64,000 bases of DNA from NCBI GenBank assembly GCA_010405405.1, contig MU004244.1, positions 313,895-377,894 of the forward strand. The letters are read 5' to 3'. This document shows, piece after piece, positions 1-12,869 of this stretch (positions within the stretch are counted from its first letter, which is position 1; each line of letters begins with the position of its first letter). A program made the translations under genes and the position numbers. The notes beneath the pieces were generated by a model. The model did not search any database, was not told the origin of the DNA, and worked only from the letters and a program-made list of their open reading frames with translations. Source of the stretch: Microthyrium microscopicum. Its lineage: Eukaryota.

Positions 1-989
1 CGTTTCCAGCTTCTCTGCCAGGTCATCGAGCTTGCGAAACAGGAGATTGTAGAGGTGATCTTGACTGTGTCGTCAGCGTAAGTACCTGAAATGGTATAAT
101 GTCAAGTTGTATGTCAGTCTGATTCCATTTTAGGGACTTACCCCAGCTACTCTAGCAGAAATTCTCACAGGGGATCAGGGCGGCACAAGCTTCTACGACA
201 TATCACTAGTTGATGGCTACAACCTGGACATGGCTATCTCTTTGATAGACAATGAACAATCTGGGATGCGAAGCGCACTGCCTCCAAATCGGACGAATCC
301 ATCGTGTGTTGCCTCTGTCGCTAATTTTGTCGAAGACGACACCTTTAACCCATACAACACTTCCCAAACAGTATTCCTCGGCACTAACCAAAGTTATCCT
401 CTTGCATTCAATCGCGCTGTCACCCGTCAACAGATTTCTCGTTGGTGCCCGTGGGATCTTCAAGCCTTTCCTCCGACCAAACCTGGCGATGGCGTTTACC
501 CATACCCAGATGACAACATTCAACGACCTGTATTCCAACCTTGCTTCTCACAATGCGGCAAGTACAACGAGCCTCAATACTGCTGCACTGGTGCTTTCAA
601 AGACAGAGGCGCTTGTAAATCCAGTCTTTACACTAATAATGCAAAGAAAATATGTCCTGACGCCTATTCATTCGGTATGTTGTTACTAGACCCCCATAAG
701 GTTCTTTACTAATGCTGTCGTAGCCCATGACGACCAAAAATCCACGTTCACCGTTCAAACGGGTGTTGGATTCCAAATTACCATGTGTCCTGGAGGCAAG
801 AGCACGAAAATTCTGGAAACCGTTAGAAACGTCGCCGCAGCGGAAAAGAAAAACCTTCAACCTCGTTCCGCCGTTGTCAAAAGTCAAGCATCATCAGCCG
901 GTGCGCATGCAGAGAGCTCGACTCCACCTTTCATTCTCTTGACTGGTGCAGCATTGATTGTCGTCGCATGCGTCTTTTCCTCTTTGTAA
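1..989 (+). CDS. Thaumatin-like (PR-5/GH152) protein, 5' end outside window, C-terminal GPI-like hydrophobic tail
   Basis: Spliced reading gives TLAEILTGDQGGTSFYDISLVDGYNLDMAI, CGKYNEPQYCCTG, KKICPDAYSFAHDDQKSTFT, ITMCPGG; introns 78-133 and 675-723 (GT..AG); ends in a hydrophobic tail at TAA 989. Confidence 0.88.
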
Positions 990-2343
990 ACGAGATTACG
1001 AGCCACGCAATAGCATCAGTTTCTTTCCCTTGTCCTACATACAAAGCTTGTCTCTTGAACCCAATGGACGGTTGTTTTTGGCTTTCATACATATGATCAT
1101 CAAATCACTCCCCGGCGCAAGGTCATTCCTTCGAGATACCCAGGATAGTTAGCGACTAGATCAACGTAGACATTTGTCGCTTGTCTTCACACCTATACGT
1201 CCTGGAAGACGGGGCATATTCCTAATTGCTAATAGCCTAATCCAGATTTCATTTTATTATTCAAAAGGACACTACGTTTTCCCTACTCCTGATGCAAACT
1301 CATGTGCCTCTCTCCGTTCCTGTCGTACTACCAATGCATTTACCTGGTAGCTCCTACGGCAATCTGAGAGCTTCCCATGCTCCACCCATGTGAAACCATT
1401 GCGATCGAAGTTCTGTGATACCGAGCGGTTATGGTCGTACCTGCTTTCCCCACCTCCAAGCACATGGCATAAACCTCCAGAGTATTATAGGTAACACCGC
1501 GGTACAACATACAAAGCAAACTCCTGCTCGCTGCTGCTGTACATCAACGTATAGAACAAAATTTGGAAGATCGCACGATTCCATGCATGAATTACATTTT
1601 ATTCTGTGATACAGCAGACCTCAGCAACACGAACAGCGCATGAAATCGCGTTACCCAACAATCTAGCAAACCGGGTCTTGCATTTCAACCACCAACTGCG
1701 CATGCCAAAGGGAAGAAATCCGCTGACAATCAGGGGATATCAGAAGCTGCCGAGCTGAGAACTGCAGATACCACTTTTAATCCTGCAGAGTTTTCACAGT
1801 CGCACTTTTTTCACAATTGACCACGCTTTGCCATGTGGATAAATGTATTTTCAGGAGTTTTCATCGAGTAACCGTGAAAACCTGCATGAATTTGTATGGT
1901 AGCCATGTCGGTTGCGATCGGATCGAAAGAATGTGGAGTTGAGCAATATGTTGAGTGTTGCATCGGGCGCATCAGGGAAGAAGCTATTATTAGCGGTATT
2001 GATGCTACAGGTTCTCGATGGACAGCTGTGTAGGGTGGTAGAATGGTAGGCTAGGCTACACGGACCGCACCGCTACCGTCTGCGGACTGGAGGTGTGGTG
2101 ATGTGGTGGTGTGATGGTGTGAAGGAATGTAGCAGGATTGTTGTACGAAGGATCATTGTCTGGTCATGGTGGTTGGGATGGTACAGGGCGATGGATCGAG
2201 GAGGATGTTGTGCTGCGGTGATGTACGGCAGGGGAGGATGTTGAAAGAAAGCAGAATGGTGTATTTAAGTAAGTTGAGATCGCTGATATTGAGGCAGGCA
2301 ACAACTAATTCAAATCAGTAATCCATCAGTTCATTCGTTTACA

Positions 2344-2805
2344 ATGAAGTTATCTTCCATCCTCTCGTTTGCGTCAGTGACGCTCGCTACTCGTGTTGCT
2401 TGGGATGCGGGTTACGACCCAGCTGACCGCTCTCTTAATGAAGTCGCCTGCTCGAATGGCCAGAATGGTCTCGAAAATACTCATCCAGGGTGGACTGTGC
2501 TAGGCAATATTGCTTCTTTTCCTAATATTGGAGCCTTTCAAGCAGTAGGAGGATGGAATAGTGCCAGTGTACGTTTCTACGAGGATGTCCAAACGATGTG
2601 GTTTGCTAATCTAAGGCAGTGCGGAACCTGTTGGCAGGTATCATATGGAGCTCAAACCCTCTACGTCACTGCCATTGATCATGCTGGCGATGGCGCAGTG
2701 TTGTCGAAGACTGCGTTCAACACGTTGACGGGTGGGCATGCGGATGAGTTTGGAGTGGTGGATGCGTTTATAACGCAGGTCGACAATAGTCTTTGCAGAC
2801 TGTAA
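2344..2805 (+). CDS. Cerato-platanin family secreted protein (SnodProt1/Sm1/Epl1-like)
   Basis: Signal peptide, WDAGYDPADRSLNEVACSNGQNGL, GGWNSAS|CGTCW, AIDHAGDG, 4 Cys; 51-nt intron 2569-2619. Confidence 0.93.
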   Translation: MKLSSILSFASVTLATRVAWDAGYDPADRSLNEVACSNGQNGLENTHPGWTVLGNIASFPNIGAFQAVGGWNSASVRFYEDVQTMWFANLRQCGTCWQVSYGAQTLYVTAIDHAGDGAVLSKTAFNTLTGGHADEFGVVDAFITQVDNSLCRL

Positions 2806-2938
2806 AGCTTGTGATGACTACCAACTCGGTTCTCTGCATCTTGATACAGCTGCTTCATACTTTCAAATCAAGATAAACTCTTTCAATCAGACATGATCTC
2901 GGCTGGAGCATCTCATTTCTACTGCAAATCATCTCTGA

Positions 2939-3811
2939 CTACCCAATCCGTACAACCGGCCCTCCCGGCGGCTTATACGTCCTGCCACTATCTTTGATGT
3001 ATAAATCGAGCACAAGGCCGCCGCCTGGCGCGCCTGTGTAGCTGTCAGGAAGCTTGATACCCGCTGGCAGCTTTTAGATTTGTCAGCGAGCAGCCAGCTT
3101 TTATAACTCCGGAATTTATGAAAGAAACACTTACAGGGCTACCGTTTCCACTGACTTTGACTTGGATGCAGGCCATATACATCTGAGCCTGTTTTGCGTC
3201 TTTAGACGCCCCATGGAGGGCAATGATTTCGGGTCGAAGGAGGTAATTGCCCGCCGCTACGGAAGGCATGGTGAAGGTCTGCACTCCGCTTTTGCTGATC
3301 AATCGATCCGTTCCATATGTACCTGTGACTTTGTCGTTTCGAGGATCATGTCCGTCTTTGGTCCAGACATCAGATGCAATTTTGACCCAACTGTTTCCGG
3401 TGATATTGCTCGACGGGGCAATGTACACCTGCACAGGACCGTGGTGAGATGGGTCCAGTACTGGATCTCGGTTGTTCTTCATGTCATCGTGGTGCCATAA
3501 AGCTGAAATCTAAAGTCGTTTAGTGTGTCTTCCCAAACTTGGATTTGTGCCTCTTATACCTTATCACCAGCTTTGACGTCAAGCCACACTGGTACCGGTG
3601 TCCCTGGATTGTTGCACGCCATATGTTGATCCCCTAGATATATTGGCTTGTTACTTGACACCTCTCGAATGTATTGAGTTGCCTTCGAGCCAGGCGATCT
3701 TCCATCTCCGCGTGGTGCAGGTTTGTCATTTATTTGGACTTGAAAGACCGTAGTGTGAGCTGCCGCTAACTGAAGGCCAGCAGTAAAGGCCAAAATGAGA
3801 GAGGACTTCAT
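2939..3811 (-). CDS. AA9 lytic polysaccharide monooxygenase, no CBM
   Basis: Signal peptide ending AAA followed by His1 (HTTV), SHHGPVQVY, GNYLLRPEIIALH, AQMYMACIQVKVSG, terminal YKPPGGPV; two introns (~3510-3559 and ~3072-3134); stop TAG at 2939-2941. Confidence 0.92.
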
Positions 3812-5484
3812 GTTTAACGATGAGATGGAGTCAGTAACTTTTCATAAATGAATGTGAGCAAGCTTAAACGCGAATCGTGCGATGGTAGAAGACTCCTCGA
3901 TAGTATGAATATCTCCACCAGCTATCGAGAAGCACCGCGCAGGCATCTTCGATTTAACTTATATCACACCTATGAGAAAAGCAGGAACATATGTTGGAGA
4001 AATCAATCTATCTCAAGAGACATGGCCCGGAGAAATTATTGAGAGGGCTCAATGATACTGCTACCGCATACTGTTATAGGGTGAATGGCCTGAAAAGCAT
4101 GGGTTTGCCCCAGAACTTAATATCAAGCATTTGTCATGACTAGCGGCTTATAATGACTATATCACCAATAAGGCAGCTCAATGGCCGTGGGTGTATCCTT
4201 AATTGCAGCTACGTTTACAAGATTCCATCATTTCTGGCAGTATCTCAATCATGCATGGCAAAAATCAAAGTGGTTGAGCTCACTATCTTTGATGAAATAG
4301 AGCTCATTTTCTTCATGAGCTTACCCTCTGATTTTGACATTTACCAAGTCGAATCGTCTTCGTCCCGAACCAGCAGAGGTGTTACTCCGCATCATGTTTT
4401 GGGATTATCATGGGTCCTATGTTAATTTAAGGAAGCATTGTATTCGGGTCCAAATGCAGACCAAAGAAAGCCAGAGTGTGTCTATATAGTACGCTGCTCT
4501 ATTACATATCAAAGCTTGCTGAAAAGCCTTCCACACTCACAGCTTGAACCTCTTTCAAATACACAGAGGAACAATTGTTCAGACATCACTGCATCATAAC
4601 GAAGCTGTTCTGGGCATTATTGGTATCATTGCCTTCCGAAAGAATTCGCTACTATTCCCGCTTGACCATTAAGTACCTGATTCGGTTACTCCATTATTGT
4701 ATCTGACTATTGGCCACAGAAATTTAGTTCAATCTCAGCGTTGACGGCAGCATAGCTAGTGAATAACAATCCTGGATCATCATGACCATAAATCACTAAC
4801 TCGAAAGTCGTATCAGCAAGTCTTAATCCATACAGTCATCATAACGAGGTCACCACAAATGGGTGTGCCTAAAGCACAACTGGCACAAATCGAACCTCAC
4901 AAGAAGTGCACCAGAGAGTGGATTCATAATGCTGCCAAAGCACCACGCGATAGCGTGTGAAGCAATCGACTGTAGCACAAGTAACTCTATGAGAGACGTT
5001 ATTTCTCTGCTTTGAAATGCTATTGATAGAAGCCATTCTGTATTGCATGCGGCCGAATTAAGGTTTCGGGAGCAGGCTTTGGCTGTAGGGCCAAAGGTTA
5101 AAACCCCAGGCTTTCGCTCAAAAATGCGACCCAAAAGGCGACCCAAAAGGCCGTTCATCAGTGACAGTACCGGGAACTTGGTTAATGAAAGCACAGCACT
5201 GACATGGCAGTGAAAAGCTTATTCCTTTGGCAATACTCGCCTGCATAGACAGAACTGCCAGTATAGCTCAGTTTGGATTCCTCTGATGAGACCCGAATAC
5301 ACGTTGATCGATCTTGCGAAGCGACATACTGGGAGCAGGTTTAGCACTTTTCCAGCCTTGTCAACTAAATAGAATATCTTTTTAGACACTAGAATCCGGA
5401 ATTTGTGCAGCGAGGCACACCATTTTTGCAATTCATAGATGCCACGTAGTATCGCCTTTGTAATCGTGTATCGCCATTCTGATG

Positions 5485-8316
5485 CTATAATAGACATGAT
5501 ATGCAGCCTATACAGACAGAGAGACATGCCATGAAAAGATCTGGTCTTATTCCAAATCCTCCACTTTTCCTTGATGCTTGGGGCTGGTTGTTTACTCCTA
5601 CCGTTGCTGAATCATTTGACCCCGAAGAGGGATATTTGTTATTGCTGTCACCTCCTAACACAACGGCCGATGGCTTAAGAACTTTAGATGACTGTCCAAC
5701 GGGCTCTCGCATGATAGAGGGCTGAATGGTCTGCGAATCTACCACCAGCTGCCCAGCCACGCCTACGAAGACGCTGATACCAGAGCCAAGCATGACTTTG
5801 CTGCCGGGATCAACTATTATATCCCCAATAGTATAGCTGCCGTCATCATTAAGCACCGCAGTCATTCGTGAACCGCTCGGCGCTACAAAGTTCACGCCAG
5901 GAGCCCCTGTCAAAGCCTCATTAAATGACAATGCTTTCCAGTCTATTGATAAACCTCTGTCTAGATCGATGGACACGGTTGTTCCATCAAGAAGCCTTGC
6001 TGGTGAGGCGTCATGACTGATCAATTGCCCACCTACGTTGAATGTTCCCCCTTCGAAGCCCCATACCACCACGGGAGCACCATTCTTGTCAATGAACGTT
6101 GCCATCTGCGGTCTAGACTTAGAACCAGAGGAAACTGAGGACTGCGAGCCGCCTGGTATTGTTGATGGAAAGCTCAGTACGTGCTCATCGTCGTCCTTGT
6201 CTACTGGTCTAGCGGTTGCTCGCGGGAGGAAACCCAGTAGATTATTTGCGCTTTGTCCTGGTAAGGCCTGAGCAGTGCCAAGTAGAGAATTTTCTGCCAG
6301 CTTAGGCATATCTTGAGAGAAATGCTGAGATGATGAGAGACCATGAGTGCTTCGGAGCGGTGAATTTATCCTAGTTGAGGTTGTTGAATGTGGGATAATG
6401 GGGCCAGCTAAATCTTCAGGCCCATGAATATTCACTGGATCTATAGTTCTTACTGGATCATCGATTCCTGATTCAAGTGTCAGAGATACTAATTCTCCGC
6501 CAGTTCAATGTTCCATCTCATCTTACCTTCGTAATCAAAATTGCACGATGCCCACTCAGGAAACATCTTTGTGAGTATCGTTGGAAAGGCTATTCTGACC
6601 CCCTTGTTTTTGAGGATGTACTGGCAATCCGTATGTAAAGCACCACCGAGGCCACAGTAATTGGATGAGAATGCGCTCACCGGATAGGGCCACTTTACAC
6701 CGGCAAAGTTCACTGGCAATGTTGTACGAAGCCAGGCGTTCTTTCGAATACTCGAAACGTCTTCCGACTTCATAGTCAACAGAAGGTCTGTTACACACCA
6801 TGGATCCCTAACTATAACGTCGTGACGATAGCGAGTACCATTGCTTTTTGGATCCCAGTCATCCAAGTCACCCCTATAATCCTCAGTAATCAAAGCCCCA
6901 TTGGCGCATGGCGCATTTTCTTCGTTCAATGGCGCATATGGCGACTTGCTAAAACGGCCTGCGATCTGTTAATGTAAACGCATAGCAGAAAAATAGAGAC
7001 ATATGACAGCGGAAAAGGTGCTTGGCAGATCAGGTATGTTTCTTGTTGAATTCACAACCAGAGTCCTCCACTAGATGGTGACAAAGTGCTACAGTGCCAA
7101 TAATCAAAAAAATACGAGACAACTTTGCTTCTCGCACGATGCTGGTGAGAATGTTGGAATAGAACATTAGAGAGAACTTACTGCCGTTGTGCTTCAGCAT
7201 GGCGCCTACTCCAATTCTATCGATGTGAAAATATACTCGGTCCATTCTCACGGTTGCTAGCCTTGTAATCGTTTTGGTCGACTCGAACTCTACTGATGGA
7301 TTATTATCGGGGCCTATTAAAGTCCATGGCGGAATTTCTTTGTACGTGAGGTTGAGCCTTCCGTATGTGGATGTTTCTTCTGAAAGCAATTAGTGATGGA
7401 GGCTTGCCAGTGTGTGAAGGCCTACCATCAAGATTTGCTCTATTGGTAACAATTGGTGGTAATGGCGCGCATAGATCTGCTACTGGCGGTGGAGGAGAGT
7501 ACCATAGGTCGACATTCTTGGCGTGGATATTACATTGATCACTATCGTCTTTCATATCAATCCAACTCTCCACACATTTGGGCACGTCCCAAGCGTGGTC
7601 ATCAGCAGCGTCTTTGTCTGTCCAAGCTGTTTTAGCTTCATATCTACTTTCCAACGACTGGTAGCGCGTCCGATGAAGAGAAAAGAGATAGTCGCAGTCA
7701 TCTAGCGAGTATTCGCAATTATTGATAGCAATAGCAGTCCAGATATTAGAACCATTCGAGATACGTGGCGTTGGATCGGGGCTTTGCGTTGCCGTTTCTT
7801 TGGAGCCGGTCCAGGCGATATATGTATGTTTTCCTCCACAAGTCACGACATAAGTCGAATACAAGCCATTCAGATCACTAGCGTCGGGTGCGCGTTCTTC
7901 GTAGCCCCGGTATGTATAAAGGCGGCTCCAGACTTTTGACATGACTGATGAACAACACGTTGCGTATTGAGTGCCCGAGCCAGTCGAGTCAAGAAAACTA
8001 CAGTTTCCCGAGGTAACATTCGGATATATAATTGTGCTCGGTCCAGTATAGTTCTCGGGGATATTCTGGATGAAGGCTGTAACATTATAGATACTGTTTG
8101 GAGGCGCCGTGATGGCTGCTGGCCTTGGTATATCTAAAGATACCGAAGTTGAATCAAGACGTGGAGGTAACTTGTTATCGCTTATTGTTGATTTGGCTTC
8201 CTCTGATGCTAACACTGGATTAGCCTGAGCAACTCAACAGTATAACGATCAATCTTACAGTTCCATCCTTGGGCAATGACGAGCCCAATAAAGAGAGATG
8301 TACAAAGTTTATACAT
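5485..8316 (-). CDS. Large secreted Cys-containing protein with Ser/Thr/Gly-rich C-terminal part and possible GPI signal (unknown function)
   Basis: Short exon 1 MYKLCTSLFIGLVIAQGWN (ATG 8316) followed by GTAAG intron; ORFs 7304-8215, 7030-7389, 6489-6929 and 5485-6435 linked by introns with CTAA/CTGA branch sites; hydrophobic C-terminus. Internal boundaries approximate. Confidence 0.65.
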
Positions 8317-8987
8317 TTGGCGGCGCGAATATGGGGCCTAACTGAATCATCCATCAAGTCAATAGCTGAGGCCAAAATGAATAATGGTCTGAGAAGTTTT
8401 GTAAGACGATATTCCAACACAAAACCGAGCAAGAAGGATCCAGTAGCGCCATGTGCTTCTTATAAGAACTATTCATGTTTTAATTAGGCCCTGTTTAATC
8501 AGTTCTACCTCGCCGCAATCGTGGCAAGGTTGTGATTCCCATTTGGGTCAATTTACATAACCACATCCTTCCAGATAGATTAAGTGGTCAGAAAAACGGC
8601 CACAAGAATCTCATTCCATTAAGCATCCACCCATATCATCTGAGTGTTTTCACAACAATCTTGACTTTCTAGTCGAAGAGCGGTTAGGTGCGTGGCTTTT
8701 ATAAGGGCGGAGGGTCCGACGTACGTCGCACTTTCATGTCATAACGAGCTTGATACACGAGATTTTCTTTGGCACCAGCAGTATAGTCCTGATTTGAAGG
8801 TTATTACTACTGAAATCAAGTACATAAACACATATAACAAAATCTGCACAGCTCTGCTTTTCGCTATTTGGCACTACGCCTCAAAATCTCTTGCACCCTT
8901 TCCTCCTCCACCGTATTCGAGCCTCTGGAACTCATCATGTAACAAATTATACGGTGGAGTCCCTCTGCATGAAGATTCTTGGAAGGG

Positions 8988-9852
8988 CTAATCATCGCAG
9001 TCGCATTTCACTGGAGGCGACACCCGAGCAGCACGTCGGAGCCATCTGAGCCAGCTCCTCTTAGCTGAGGCCACTGGATAAAGAGTCGTGACCGTCGTCT
9101 GGTTTCCAGCAGTCACAGTCACCGTGTTCCCAAGCAAGGGATTTGCGCAACAACTCTGACTCTGAGCAAATGTAGTATTGGTGACATTATTGAACAAGCT
9201 CAAAGCCGTCGTTGTGCTGTTGATTACCACTGCACCAGTAGGTAGTCCAGTGATGTTAACTTGGCCTCCATTTCCAACAACAGTGCCATTAGCCAAGGCA
9301 GTCGTACCATTAGCGAGTGGTGTCCCTGGAACTGTGACGTTTGCTGCTGCTGCTGCGGCTTGATTGACTGCCGTCGTGAGAGCAGAAGTTGTGTTGCCAA
9401 GTACAGTGCCGGTTACATTGGCAAGGCCAGTCGTCACTCCAGTTGTCAAGTTTGTGAGGCCTCCAGTCAAACCACCAATAATGCCAGTCAGTCCTGAAGA
9501 TGTATTGGTGGCTGTTGTTGTAACGTTGGTCAAGGTCCCGGTAGCACTGGAATTGTCAGTATAGGCTCATAATATGAAATGCTGAGTTAATCAACATCAT
9601 TCTTAGACAGTTGACAGTTTGCTGAAAAACCATTTCAAGGCATCTCGGCATGATGACAATTCCCCAATTCATCGATTGTATCCGCCTCGAGGATGTTTTT
9701 ACACCGAAGACTCACTTTGTTAATGCTCCCGTCGTCGAGTTCAGCGTTCCAGTAATGTTCGTCAATGTGCCGGTGAGCCCCTGTGGCATTGGTAATGGCG
9801 AGGCAATGGCAGAGCCTGCCAAACAAGCTACGAGATACGCTTGCGAGAGCAT
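8988..9852 (-). CDS. Secreted Thr/Asn/Gly-rich repeat protein
   Basis: Exon 1 MLSQAYLVACLAGSAIASPLPMPQGLTGTLTNITGT (ATG 9852), GTGAGT intron of ~170 nt ending CTGACAATTCCAG, exon 2 matches ORF 8988-9533. Confidence 0.75.
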
Positions 9853-10288
9853 TTTAGGTGTATTTAGCCAAAGGAGGAGGCTTATATGACTGGAAACTTT
9901 GGACTATTAGTATTTTCAGCCATCGTACTCAATGGATGTACATACCTGCTAACCAATACCCAACGATGCAACTGACCCAGCCCAGAAGAGTAACAGGAAC
10001 AAGATGATCAGAACAATGGAAATCAAAAAGCCTAGGTGGATTACTTTGCTCTACATGTGAATAGAGTCTTCAATTGTATCTGCCAGCTGTTCCATGCTTT
10101 TCTGGACCCAAGCCAGACCATTGCTAGTCAGCTCTGATAGTGCGCCAGGGAATGCCGCGGATTGAGCTGCAATGTTTGATATTGGTATTCTTGTGGGGTA
10201 TAGCTACGAACAATCAAGAATTCTGAGCTGATGCTAATTCAAATAAGGTGCTGCTGATGCCGCTGATGCTAGATGGAGCCCATATGGT

Positions 10289-12189
10289 TTAGTAAACCCG
10301 AAGCCCACAGCAGTCAATACCCAATCGATCGACGTTAACCTCCCTCTCGTACCAGAGTTCAAAGAAGGTACGAACAAAATCCATGTCCGCTTTACTCCAC
10401 CCATCCAAGCCCATTAATCTCATTTCTTCGCGACTGATATTGGGAACACCATCAATGATTGAACCTTCATTATCATCTGCTCCATCATCCAATATATCCG
10501 AGCAAACCTCAAAGAATCTTTTAGTGATTCGGTGAAAATATGCAATGAGAGCCATTTCAATTCGGGCATCTTGACGTTCTGCCACTGTATCATGTGAACT
10601 TGGTGAGCTTATGTTGCGCTCAGGAGCTGAGTCTTCCTCATCGTCAGAATCTTGGTAGCGCCGTGCATCGATAATGTGTTCGGCCAATTCCACCAATTCG
10701 GAAAATATCGCCTTGTCCTGATTTTCTTCTTCCATAAGCAGGCCATCTTTCTGCCCTGCACTCGCCCACCAATAGAAGCTTGAATAGGCCAATGCCGACC
10801 AGGTCGTAGGCTCAACGACATCCTGATCATCTTCACCGTCGTTGTCTTGAACCAGAGTTGATGCTGATTGTGATAAAAGTGGCTCCTCTTCATCGTTATC
10901 ATGGATGCGATCTGTGGGTCGTCCCTTTAACGGATATGTTGCAGAGCCCAAGGCCCGCTTCAGCATGTGCCAGCGTCGTAGATCCCTTTGAGTAGCCTGT
11001 ATTTGCTTTTGGCCGTCAGATGTTTTTATAATCGGTCTCTTTCGCCCGTTGTGGCTCGAAGGCATTTCAACCACGATATCAAACAATTTGGATTTGGTTG
11101 CTATGATATCGTCTGTAGTGCAAGCTATCCAGCCCTGGACTCTTGGCTCTTCTTGATCTTCATAAACGCCATCTTGTGCGGAAGTATTACCATTGCCATT
11201 GCCATGTGAATGCAATGGCACTTGAGGTTGCGACAGTTTTTCTAAGTATGGAATATCGTGGATGCCAACTGAGAATAAGGGTCTCAGCCGCACTAATGAT
11301 TCGGATGGGAGGATCAGGCTGCTAGCGAGAGAAATTGGGGTAGAGGTGGTGACCGACAGATCATAAACTTCAAATATAAGCCTAATACATTTAATCAGTT
11401 TACCAACATACCGAACTCGCATGCCTGCCGCACTGGGGCGGATGTTACGAGAAGTATCCTTTTTCGAAGTAATGCGGCGCGATGAAGAGGGAATATGAGA
11501 GGACCAAAGGTATTGATGTAATCCACGAGGGATAGAGCAGGATGATATGCGGAGAGAGTTTGTTTATCATCAGATCCAAGCGTTGCTGTTGACAAGGTGC
11601 GGTTTTTACGTTGTGCTAATGAGAAGGGTGAAAGTTGCGGAGAAGTATATTCGTCTGCGGTCGCTTCTGAGACCTTATGCTCCTCCCAGTACTCTTCTAA
11701 TGAGCTTGTGTTTGTGGTGTCGTCAACTAATGATTTGGCCAGGTTGGTCAAGTTTCCGGCATGCAGCCAGGCTCGTCCTAAACGACTGTCTTTGAGTGGA
11801 AGCATACCACCAACAGCGACGAAATGCGCATTACGCTCCGCTTCACTGGCCGACCCCTTGGCAAATGCACTCACACCTGCACATTGTTCGTGGAAGAAGT
11901 ATACGAGGTCTTCTTGTACGTTATGTAGGCCGGATGGGAGGCTTTTATATTCAACTACACCTTCGAGGGGCACCTTGTCGTTGATGGCTCGTTTCCATGC
12001 TATGGTATAGCTACGAGTCGCTCTGATTAGCTAGTGATTCCTCAAATTAGGAGAATGACCCGGCCCAAGGACATACCCTACTTTCAGATCGAATTTGATC
12101 AAGAATAACGCGACAAGAGGAGGTGGCTTCACGTCGAAGGATGAGCCAGCTTCCACGTGGGTGGAGCTTTCCAGCCCAGGGCCAGACAT
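10289..12189 (-). CDS. DENND11/Anr2-like protein (DUF2347 + DUF4484 type)
   Basis: Exon 1 ...ALFLIKFDLKVG|YTIAW, then VEYKSLPSGLHNVQEDLVYF, FGPLIFPLHRAALLRKRILL, RPLFSVGIHDIP, WSALAYSSFYWWASAG, IAYFHRIT. Confidence 0.8.
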
Positions 12190-12869
12190 GAGGTTGACGG
12201 CGAGACTCGAGGCGAATTTTGGACAGAGATAGGTTTTGAGAGGGATATACTAGCCAGCTTTTGGCATTGGAACTGCTTAGAAGGTATTTGGGGATTGTCG
12301 ATAGGAAAGTAATGTCAAGATGTCGTGCAATTGACGATTGACTGCACGACACCCGCGAACAAGCCGAGATAGATTCCTACAGCCGCGCACAGACGCGCCC
12401 ACCCACGTGATGGAGTTTAGGGACTGTATACAAAATGCAATGTTTACTACCCCTTACAGCTACATTGTAGACGCAATTCAGTTTAGGAGGTCCGATCTAG
12501 TAAGTGGCAGTTGCAATGTTCCATCAGAAAAAGGGTACTCGGCCTTTCTGACAGTGCCTCCAGCGCTACCAGTGTGCATCAAACCTGCAAAGCACCTCCA
12601 AAGCGCTGCGGTCCGCAATGACGATAATGCTCGTTGATTGCTTCAAAGTTACGAGTATCTCATAAGGCCGCGGAAGTTGCCGGGAGAATTGTCGAAGGCA
12701 CGAAGCGGTAGTTAAGCGCCGGAAGCCCGCGCTTGTTGAGGCTTCAAGTTCCAAAGAGTTACCATCTTATCTTATCATCGTAGCTTCAACTCCAAATGAT
12801 ATCTTGGAGTTGACCAGCCGTATTCCTAACCTTTGTTTCTCAAATATCCTCTCAAGCAATCTATTCAAA

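Noticed and set aside
2794..2805. C-terminal CRL of cerato-platanin fits the PTS1 consensus
   Set aside because: The protein has a signal peptide and this Cys is a conserved disulfide residue of the family.
5126..5151. Short tandem duplication (GCGACCCAAAAG x2); similar small repeats near 45430 (ATCCAAAAG) and 39752 (GGGCTTCAC/T)
   Set aside because: Only 2-3 units with no spacers; ordinary slippage repeats, not CRISPR-like.
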